DNA from: Chrysomallon squamiferum
Taxonomy: Eukaryota; Animalia; Mollusca
Direction of reading: 5' to 3'
DNA: 64,000 bases
NCBI GenBank assembly: GCA_012295275.1
Contig: CM022679.1
Location: forward strand, 10,292,001-10,356,000
The position numbers and the translations under genes were made by a program. Position 1 is the stretch's first letter; each line of letters opens with the position of its first letter. Shown in pieces: positions 1 to 10,227 of this stretch. The notes under the pieces were generated by a model. It did not search any database. It saw nothing but the letters and a program-made list of their open reading frames with translations, and was not told where the DNA came from.

Positions 1-1625
1 TAAACTGCAGTGAAAAAATGAACTGAAAACTGGATTTGTATACATTTAATTTTATAACAAAAAAAAAAAAATAAAGATGTATAATTAATATTAAAAAAAG
101 ATAAATGTAAATTTAATTTAAAATATTAAAAAAATTTACATAAATGTATTTAATTTAGAAAATAATTAAATAATTTTTTTTTTTTTTATAAAATTTAAAT
201 AAAATGTTTAAATAAAATCTATTTCATTTGGTAAAAAAGGAAATAAGAACCATTAATGACATGCATTTCTATAAAAAGTTCTAAGATAATGTTTTTTTAA
301 ATTTTCAAAAATGCTTTTAAGAAAAAACATACAAGTGCTTATTAATGTTTTGAAAAAAGATCTATCATGCATTTCTATTAAAATGTAAACCTAAAATATA
401 ATATTATAAATATTTTATTAAAAAACAAACCAAGATGCACATTATATTCTTTTTATTTTTAAAATTTTGTTGTTTACATTAAGTCATTAAAATTATGAGT
501 GCACGAATTTAAAAAATAATTCCAATAATTGATTTTATTTAAAATTTTATAATTAATAACATAACTTATTTTTCTATCTGCACACTTCAAATAACATTAA
601 TCTGTTTTTATATCCTATTTTTAGTGATTCATAAATTATGTGAAAAAAAAAATAAAAAAAAAAAAAAACAAAAAACAAAAAACAAAAACAAAGAAAAGAT
701 AATTTTTGACTTGCAATAAGCTATAAAATGATGAAATGACAAAGGGATGTACATAAAAATTATTATATCGCTTTCAGAAAGCCACAAATACATAGACAAA
801 ACACTAAAACAAGAAACTTTCAGACTTCTTCAGATATCACAGAGAATTCTGCTGTATTTGTTTGTTATTGTTAACAAAGAATATGTCAGCAATGAAAACA
901 GCCAATACTAACTGCATAAAATTTCAGTTCTTAATATTTTATTTTAATTAACAAAAAAAAAAAAAAAGATTAAATACATTAAATCTTTTTAAACATAAAA
1001 TAACAGTTTAATAACCTATGTGTGACATACAATAACTCATGTAAATGGATTTTCCATTCTTATGAATCAACAGTATTAATATTCTAATTTGGTTGTTTTT
1101 TTCCTTAAGATTTCACAAAATACAAATCAAGCATGTTTCTCAACAGAAGACATATTACAAGTCCAAAAAGGGACACACAGAAAAATATATAAAGAGGAAA
1201 AAAAAGCAATGAAAGCCATTTGGTATTTTATAAAAGAAAAAAATCTTTAAATTCATTTTAAAATATAAAAGAAAAGAAAAGAAAGACCTGACCCACTATT
1301 GCATTTATTACTACAATCGCATATACGTAAGAAATGACAAAAATATTTAATTTTTTTTTTTATGAAAGACAAGTTTTCTAGATTTATTTATAAAAACAAA
1401 AACTTAGTGATGGATTCATACAATTACATACATCTAATAAAAGTTTTAAAAAACCACAATTGCTTCCATAAAGATTTTTCTAGAATGAATGGTTGTATTA
1501 AAATTCTTCTTGCAACAGAGATACAATGAGTGCTCTGCTAAATAAAAATTAGTTAACAAATTCATCTGAGGTGTATCAAGTATTTACTGTTTGGTTCCCC
1601 ATGATTTATTCCCATTCCAACTTTT

Positions 1626-1659
1626 CCTTTGATATATATATATATATATATATCAAAGG
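1626..1659. repeat. Perfect 34-bp palindrome CCTTTG(AT)11CAAAGG
   Basis: Read directly; 6-bp non-microsatellite arms flank an (AT)11 core. Confidence 0.9.
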
Positions 1660-2649
1660 TCAATGTTTGTGCCTTATCAAAGAATTATCAAGTCATTTAT
1701 CATTAATCAGAGAAAAAAATAGCTTCTAAACTGATTTTGTTCCAGAGTCCATTCAGATAATTAGTAATCTTTGGGAAAAGAATATTCTACAATAATAATG
1801 ATTTAAATCAGCATTTCTATAATTATCAGAATGTTAACCCTTAAACTGTTGGGCTCAGTGAAAATTCAATGTAACAACGTTAAAGATGAAAGGTATATAA
1901 ACTCTCTCTTTTATACCACTTATATCATAATCTTTCGACATTTATAGAGAAGTAAAAAGTACTTGAAAAGAATTATAATATTATACAGTTACAATTAGAA
2001 TGAATTTAATTTTGTGACTGTTTCATGGATTTCAGTTTCATCTGATGCAAGTTCACATGAAAAGAATCATAATGCTATAAAATTATACTAAATATTAATT
2101 TAATTATAATCTGTAATTTTCAGACTGGAACTTTTCAGATTTTGAGTTAATTTGAAAGTTGCACAATAACATGAAAAAGATTTTGAAATGTTAATATAGA
2201 TTCGAGTTAACTGCTGTGACATATATAAAATAAAAATTAGGATTAATTCGATGATTTGTTTTTTAGATCTGATTTTCTGATTTTTTATTTCAATTTGAAA
2301 TTTATAAAATGAAATGTATATGAAAAAAAAAAAAAATAAAACCATAAATAATAATAATAATGTTTTTTTATAAATAAAAAAATAAAAATATAACAACAAA
2401 AAATAATAAATAAATATAAATAAAAATAATTAAAGATAAATAAATAAATAAACAAACAAAACTGTGTTTACATTCATCATACACTGTACCATGTCACTGG
2501 TAAATCTAAACTTTATAAAATGCCCCCACACTCATCAAAAAAAAAAAATAACAAAAAATAACTATTAAAAATATATAAATAAATAAAAATAAATGATCCA
2601 TTTATATATAAAATAAATAATGTGTATTACATGTTTTTTTTCTAGATGC

Positions 2650-2885
2650 TGAAAACTAAATGAAATAAAGATCTCATTTTAAAAAGAAAATGTGAACTTT
2701 TTTCTAAATAAACTAATCAGTCCTTGATTTTGGCAAATTGTTGGAATGGGAAAACGTGAGCTAAATCAGAAACTTTGGAACCACTGTTTATTTAATTTTT
2801 TGTTCACACCTCAAATGAATTTTGGAAAGAAATGTCACTGAAAAAATTTTTTTTTTTTTTTTTTTTTTCACAGTTGAATAAAATT
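2650..2885 (+). repeat. ~200-230-bp dispersed direct repeat, copy 1 (copy 2 at 10023-10227)
   Basis: Shared blocks TGAAAACTAAATGAAATAAAGATC, TTGGAATGGGAAAAC, TTTTTTGTTCACACCTCAAATGAATTTTT and AAAGAAATGTCA, followed by a T tract. Confidence 0.85.
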
Positions 2886-5399
2886 AGTAAAATCTAAATA
2901 ATTTGAAGAAAAGTTAAAATTATTATTATTATTATTATTGAAGGTAAACCCAGAGATTTGAAATATTAATAAAAAAAAAAAAAATAAAACCCAATAAACT
3001 GCAAATATTAATAATTTAATTTAATTTGAAAATAAAAATTAGAATCTGTAATTTTATTTACCTCTGTTTTAAATATTACATTTTAAAAAAAATATTTCAC
3101 ACAGGAAAAAAAATCTCATTTGTTTTAAGATATATATTCTTATATGCTTCTTCTTTTCTCATTTATTATGAATATTATTTTTTTTTTTTTTGTTCATTAA
3201 AAAAATTATATATATATATATATATAATCTATATATTTATATATATGCAAATATAGAAAGTGAGAGAAAGTGCCATACAAAGCAGGATGAAGGTGACAGA
3301 AGCCAGTGAATAGACGAGGCAGTTACAAACAAACAAAGAGGTTTCTGGAACAAGGACTGAAGACTTGTAAAGTCATGGACACAACCAACAGTTTGACAGA
3401 GCGAACAGACATCAAGCACAGCAAACAGTTACAGAATGTTAACATTTTTACTGTGAAATAATTAACAGTAAATGTTTCTTTTTGCATTTGATATTTCATG
3501 TTTGATTTTTTAAATTTTATTTAGATTTAGCACTTTTGTTTAGAATTTTATTTAGATTTAACACTTTTATTCGGAACTTTGTTTAGATTTAGCACTTCTG
3601 TTTATTAATTTTATTATATTTAATATTTTTATTAAATTTTTTATTTAGATTTAGCACTTTTATTTAGAATTTTATTTTTATATACATTTAATATTTTAAT
3701 TAAAAAGTTTTAAATTAAAAAAAGTTTTTTTTAATAAAACATGAATACATCAAATATTTTTTATTTATATGAATTTTTTTCTAAATTATCAACCACCTTT
3801 TCATAAATATTTTTATTATTTATTTTTAAAATGTTTAACATTTTTACTAAAATCCCTTAGTGATGCTTCCTGTTATGGACTAACTTTATTATATTGTGAC
3901 TGCATTTAGCACACTACATTTAATTGTTATTACCACACATGGACTATTATGATGTATTATTGCAATTTAAAAATAAAAATATCAAAAAGCTAAAAATGCT
4001 GTGCTGTAGTTCAATATTGAAAGCAAAAATAAAATAAAATTAATAATAAAAAAAAAATAAAAAAAACAATTAACTAAATAAAATAAAATAACAAAATATT
4101 ATATTAATTATAAAAATTAAAAATTAAATTATCATTAAAAATAAATAAAGCAAAAATTAAAAAATTAAAATAACAATATATATTTTTTCAAAATTATATT
4201 AAAAAGATAAATACTAATGTCAGTAAATAAAAATCTTTTCTATCTTATATTTTATTATTATTATTTTTTTAACAATCTTTACAGAAAACAGGAAAGTCAG
4301 AAGAAAATGCTACATTTCTTTTTTTGATGAGTTTACATGGAAGCAATTTCAGACAAAATTTTCTTTCTGAAGTATATTTTCCACAAATTACATGACAATA
4401 AAATGACAAACACATTACTAAATGTTGTACAAAAGACCTTGTTTAGAATTTGTGTTTAGAATTCTTGTTTAAAGTTATATTGTATTAGAGAAACACTGTT
4501 TTAGGAAATATGTTTTTAAATTTAAAAATGTTATTTATATATATTTTTATTTTTACAGTAAACTTTTTACTCTGAAAAGAATTGAAAACTTTCAAAATGA
4601 AATGGAAATTGTGTTAAAAAATTGATGAGTAAGCATAAAAGGGAGATTAAGAAATTTAGTAAAATATAAAAGTAAAAATATTAAAATTATGATTAATCAA
4701 TATTCAGTAAATAAAAATAAATAAATAAATAAATAAAAACAAGAAATGTATTAAATAAATTAATTTTAAAATTTAATGAAAAAAAAAAAAAAATAAAAAA
4801 TAAATTACAAAACAAACAAACAAATAAATAAATAAACAAACAAATAAATAAATAAACAAATAAACAAATAAATAATAAAACAAAAAAGTGAAAATGTAGC
4901 CTGGCTATTTTTTTAAAAATAACCCTTTTTCAAAAAAAGACAAAACACATATTACGTCATAAATCTTTGTAAAAATAAAGCTTGTCATAAAAACAAATGT
5001 TTGTGAATAATCATATTAAAATAATAATAAAAAAATACCTGATTTAATCAATGAAAAAATACATTATTAAACATTATTATGAATTTTAATACAAATGACC
5101 TACATTTATCAGTAGACATGTTTCAACCTGAAAACATTTCATGCTTTAAACAGTAACATTGAAAACATGGAAACCTGTGCTATGGATATAATAATATATA
5201 TCAAATAAAATAAAATAATAATAATCATCATCATAATAATCATAATAATGAGAATAATGATAACGATAATAACAATAACTACAACAATAATAATAATAAT
5301 AATACAATTTAAAAAAAAAGAAAACATTTTGATAATAATGTATAAATGTCTACAAAATTTCTAAATTACTATTAATAACTGAGAATTAAAGGTATATTT

Positions 5400-5533
5400 A
5401 AAACATATAAAAAAACAAGTAAAAATAAAAAATTAAGAGAAGGAAATGACAATAAATAAATATATAAACATATAAATAAATAAATAAATAAAATAAACAA
5501 ACAAATACATAAGTAAATAAATAAATAAATATA

Positions 5534-5564
<31 letters not shown>

Positions 5565-5761
5565 ACATATAAATAAATAAATAAATAAATATATAAACAT
5601 ATATATAAATAAATAAATAAATAAAATAAACAAAGAAATAAACAAATACACAAATAAATAAATAAATAAATAAATAAAATATTAAAAAATAAAAAATAAA
5701 TAAGAAATAAATAAATAAATAATAAATAAAATATTAAAAAATAAATAAAATAAACATAAAA

Positions 5762-5792
<31 letters not shown>

Positions 5793-5841
5793 AAAAAATA
5801 AATAAATAAATAAATAAAATAATAAATAAATAAATAAAATA

Positions 5842-5873
<32 letters not shown>

Positions 5874-5915
5874 AATATTAAAAATAAATAAATAAACAAA
5901 TAAAATAAAATAAAC
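5400..5915 (+). repeat. (TAAA)n-type low-complexity tract; (UUUA)n in the pre-mRNA just downstream of the donor
   Basis: Imperfect TAAA tetranucleotide run of about 500 bp; source of the FIYL-repeat ORFs. Confidence 0.9.
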
Positions 5916-5930
5916 CCACTACAATTAAAA

Positions 5931-5939
5931 CGTACTCAC
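5931..5939 (-). other. U2-type 5' splice donor
   Basis: GCAGG|GTGAGTACG on the minus strand, exactly where Cav3 homology ends (FIVLAG). Confidence 0.92.
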
Positions 5940-6185
5940 CCTGCCAACACAATAAAACAGTCGAGTCGGTTCCACGAATCTGCCAGGTACGTCTCCTTGC
6001 CAAACACTCCCATGGCTGACATTTTGACAATCATTTCAAAAGCAAAGAATGAGAAAATAAAATGATCAAATCCCTCGAGGATGTGGCACCTTGTACTGGC
6101 GCACACCTGGTCCTCGCAAGGCTGGAACATTCCAAGAGTCAGGCAGTTCAGAAGGATCACAAACATGCTCATACGTTCGAACCAT
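5940..6185 (-). CDS. CACNA1G/H/I: Internal coding exon of voltage-dependent T-type calcium channel subunit alpha-1 (Cav3), domain I S1-S2-S3
   Basis: Translation (phase 2): [83 protein letters not shown]. It matches the Cav3 signature WFER..M.VILLNC.TLGM..PC...C...RC and the YL.D.WNRLD.FIV.AG motif of IS3. GC content is clearly above the flanks. Bounded by a U12 AC acceptor (6187-6186) and GG|GTGAGT donor (5939). 246 nt, phase 2-2. Invertebrates typically have a single Cav3 gene, so the paralog letter is not meaningful. Confidence 0.96.
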
Positions 6186-6203
6186 GTAACAAGGGTTAAG
6201 GAA
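6186..6203 (-). other. U12-type (minor spliceosome) branch point and AC 3' splice site
   Basis: Minus strand reads TTTTCCTTAACCCTTGTTAC|ATGGTTCGAA: consensus U12 branch site TTCCTTAAC (6203-6195), 7 nt, then AC. No AG occurs for about 90 nt upstream (first at 6278-6277) and an in-frame TAA lies at 6223-6221, excluding an in-frame AG acceptor. AT-AC introns at this P|W position before IS1 are known in voltage-gated Ca channel genes. Confidence 0.92.
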
Positions 6204-7209
6204 AAAAACAGATTTTTTTTTTAATTCAAAGATCATACAGTTTAATTAATATAATTTTTTTTTTTTTTTTTTAAATCTAAATTTAAAATGTAAGAAGATA
6301 AATTTGTAAGAAAGATGGTGAGTATGGTATTAATTGTTTTAATTTCTGTGATAAAAAATATCAATAAGAAAAAATGAAAATTTAAAAAAAAACGTATTTT
6401 TTTTTATGAACATGATATTAAGTGTTTAAATTTGCAGAAAACATTTAATAGTCAAAAGACAATAATATCTACGAAAATCAAAGTAGATCACTTATGACTT
6501 CTACCTAAAAACAATTAAAATGTATTGTTAAATTTGTAACTGTTAATTTATTTCAATGTTAAAATAAAAAATGTTAAAAATTCTAGGAAAATAATAAATA
6601 ATTATAATAACACTAAGAGACAACACCCCTCAAATAAAAAAAATAAAATAAAAATAAATAAATAAATAAATAATATTTTCAGTTAATATTAACAACAATA
6701 TATTTTGTGTTTGAAATAAAAAATAAAAAATAAAAATAAAATTTTTGAATATTTACCATCACTCACCTAGAATGTTAAAACCAGGTGAGTGTTAAAACAA
6801 CTACCTTCATTTCCCTCTTTGAAAGTTACGATGAAAACAAACAACAAGAATTTCACCAGATTATGAAAATAAATAACTGTCACATTATATTAACAGATGA
6901 TATGTTTCCATCTATCTTAGTTGGTTTTTTTCCCCTCATAAGCTGTCAAAAACACACACATACATGCCATACATACAAACACATACAAAACACAAAACAG
7001 CCTCTACCACATACAAGGATATGCAATAACTAGTATACACACACACACACACATATTAAGATATGCTGTGGCTAATGAAAATAAATAAAGACTGTTTGTA
7101 CTTAATGCATTCATGCTGTTCACCTGGATTGCTCTAACAGTCACAGATTCTGTCAAACAATTCCTTGCACTCAATATTTTTGTGAGTTTTATGAATTAGA
7201 TACCAGTTT

Positions 7210-7760
7210 TTCATATCATCATCAGTTGACCAGCGTCAGACTAGAAATATTTTTATATGATCAGCGTTGTTATATAACTGATATCATACTACCAAAGTTA
7301 TTATATGACCAGTATCATACTATCAATATTTCTATATAATTTTTATCATACCACCAACATCTTTATGTGAATAGGATCATACCATCAACATTTTTATATA
7401 ACCATATTCATACCAGCCTTTTTGTATAACTATTATCATACCACCACTATTTGTATATAACTAATACTGTACCATCAAACTTTGTATATAACTCACATTG
7501 TGTCATCAACACTTTTCTGTAACTAACATTGTATAATCATTATTTTTATATAACCAACATCATACTATCAACATCATATATCAACATTTCTATGAAATCA
7601 ACATCATACCATCAACATTTCTGTACAGTCAACGTCTCTGACCATCAGCTATTTATATAACCAACATTAGGTCAACATGTTTCATTAAGTCACCAAACCC
7701 TACCACTGCCAAGTTGATGTAACCAGTGTTTCACACAACCAGTCTTACACCACCAGTTCT
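7210..7760 (+). repeat. Highly degenerate ~30-bp tandem repeat (approx. CATCATACCATCAACATTTTTATATAACCA)
   Basis: Recurring CATAC(C/T)A(T/C)CAAC...TTT.TATAT(A/G)AC motifs at roughly 30-bp spacing. Confidence 0.7.
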
Positions 7761-7980
7761 CAACACTGACAACATCAGGCTAGTGTTACCAGTGTTGGTG
7801 CACCTACTTTCTCTGTTACTAATATTAGTGGACTAACTAACCATTGAAATGTGCAGTGATGAACTTTCTGTACTACCGACATTACTCTTCTGATTGTCTC
7901 TGTTAGCTGTGTCTGGCTTCTGTTCGTTGTGATTTGTCCACCCACTATTTTACCAACAGTTAGCCCATCTGCAGTGGTAT

Positions 7981-8161
7981 ATGTGTCTGATAGTATTCTT
8001 GAATATTATGAGTTTGATAGAAAAAGGGATTTTTAAAAAGTGAACACGCATAAACACACACAAACACACATATGTGTCTGATAGTATTCTTGAATATTAT
8101 GAGTTTGATAGAAAAGGGATTTTTAAAAAATGAACACACATAAACACACACAAACACACAT
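7981..8161 (+). repeat. Tandem duplication, 2 x ~91 bp
   Basis: ATGTGTCTGATAGTATTCTTGAATATTATGAGTTTGATAG... at 7981 and 8072, nearly identical. Confidence 0.9.
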
Positions 8162-9659
8162 CATTATATTTTTTGGATATGCATATTTTTAAAAATGTGT
8201 GTAAATATCTATGTGTATGTATGTATGTATATCTATGTCTGTATGTATGTATATGTGTGTGTATGTATGTGTGTGTGTGTATGTGTGTGTATGTGTGTGT
8301 ATGAACATGTGTATGTATGAACATGTGTATGTATGAACATGTGTGTATGTATGTCTGTGTGTATTATGAATGAATGAACATATGTATGTTTCTATATAAA
8401 TGTGTGTGTGTCTGCAATATTTATTTTCTCAGGTTTAGTAAACAAATTCTTCATATCAACAGTTTATGTATAAACTCCAAGTTAACTGTAATCGCAAAAC
8501 CATTCACAGTGTAAGGATATTGATAAAACAGATCACACAAATACACGAAGCTTTATTTTCTGCTTTCATAACTTGCCTTACACACAAAACATTACGTCTA
8601 CATCACTGAAACATCTCTCCCCTTATTTTTCTCTCCTTTGATTTTTCCATTGATTCTTCACAGATAATAAACATATTAAGCAGTGAGCAGGAACATCATC
8701 TTCAGATCATCTGTTGGGGGTTTATGATATTCAAATCACAGAAGTCCTGATCCCCACATTGGGTATATCTGATTACTAATGATACATGTTTGTTTATGAA
8801 TACTTTTCCACAGATATGATAGGAAATCATTACATTTGCCAGACTCTCTCTCTTGCTAACCTTCATCTGGTGTGTAACCTGACCAGCAAAAGTCTTACCA
8901 AACTTATTTATACCTGTGAGAGTCTGAAAGTAAACTGTCGGAGAGTCAGCAAAGGTCGGAGTTGTCAGAAAAATTGCAGGAATGCCCTGCCATGCTGGGA
9001 ACTCTGTTGGGTGTGGTTGTAGGTATTGCTCTGGCCTGATTATTGTAATGTAAATATTACCTGCACAGTGGATGGTGCTTCATTAGAAAGATAACACACC
9101 TGTTGTTTTTATTCATTTTTTTTTTTTTCATGGAAGCTTGAAATGTATTCACCATAGAATGTGTAATAAAAGTTTTTGATTACTAAATGTGCAAAAAAAG
9201 CCTAAACTGTAGTAACTTCATATCAAACCTGGATTATGTATTAAAATTCTCTATATATTATGTATATCTGAGAATATAATTAAACTATCAAAACCCACCA
9301 ACCTTCTCAACAAAAAACACCAACAATTAAGCAAACTAACAAAACAAAAATAAAAGATTTCAGAAACTGCTGTATAATGTCTTGTCCAGACACAAATAAG
9401 ACCAATAATGTAAAAGAAATGGGTTAATATTTCAAACTATTGTTTTATTTTACTACAGTAGTATTTTATATATACCTGTTTACAAAGCACACCTGCATGT
9501 GTAAATAAAAATACTTTAATATATATATATACACACACACACACACATACAAATACATACATATATGTATGCACACACACACACACACATGTATATCTGC
9601 ACATCTGCGCAAGTGAAAGTATACACATACATTAACGCACGTACACAAATTATGTACGT

Positions 9660-9707
<48 letters not shown>

Positions 9708-10022
9708 TAAGAACTTGCACAGACACTTTCAACCCTAAAAGCCACATGAATTAAAGAACTAATTCTTCGACTAATGTCTTAAGACTGAGCATTCATATGT
9801 TAAATAAAACCACATTAAAATCAATACTTTGTAAATTCTTATCAGTGGCAACAATTCCAGTCACACTTAGCAGACCCAACTCACTTTTACATGAAAGTAA
9901 CTTGCAACAGCCTGTCACCAAGGTTACAGAGAAAATTCTCTGATTGCAGGAATCCAAATTCCATTAATTCATCAAGACTGCATTAGTTATAATAATGATT
10001 TGTTTTATCGTCTTCAGCAAAA

Positions 10023-10227
10023 TGAAAACTAAATGAAATAAAGATCGGGTTTTAGAAAAGAAAATATGAGTTTCATTTAAATACACTAATTTGGGGAAAT
10101 TTTGGAATGGGAAAACATGCTGTTTATTTTATTTTTTGTTCACACCTCAAATGAATTTTTAAAAGAAATGTCATTGAACTGAATTTTTTTTTTTTTTACT
10201 AAATATTTTTCACTGTTCAATAAACTT
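10023..10227 (+). repeat. Dispersed direct repeat, copy 2 (with internal deletions)
   Basis: Same blocks in the same order as 2650-2885. Confidence 0.85.

Larger units (their letters stand above)
1..5939 (-). other. Cav3 intron (U2-type), extends beyond the left edge
   Basis: No sequence encoding the expected next segment (EY...LSAIRT.RVLRPLRAINR) was seen in 1-5939; very AT-rich. Confidence 0.75.

Noticed and set aside
3237-3440. GC-richer island as the next Cav3 exon
   Set aside because: No IS3-S4 motif (EY, RVLRPLR) recognised.
5936-6172. 78-aa ORF as a complete small gene
   Set aside because: Homology extends upstream of the Met (WFER), and the TGA lies inside the GTGAGT donor; it is an internal exon.
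8513-8560. ATATCCTTAC as the true U12 donor
   Set aside because: The preceding frame (FVYLCDLFYQ) is not Cav3-like and has a TAA 11 codons upstream.
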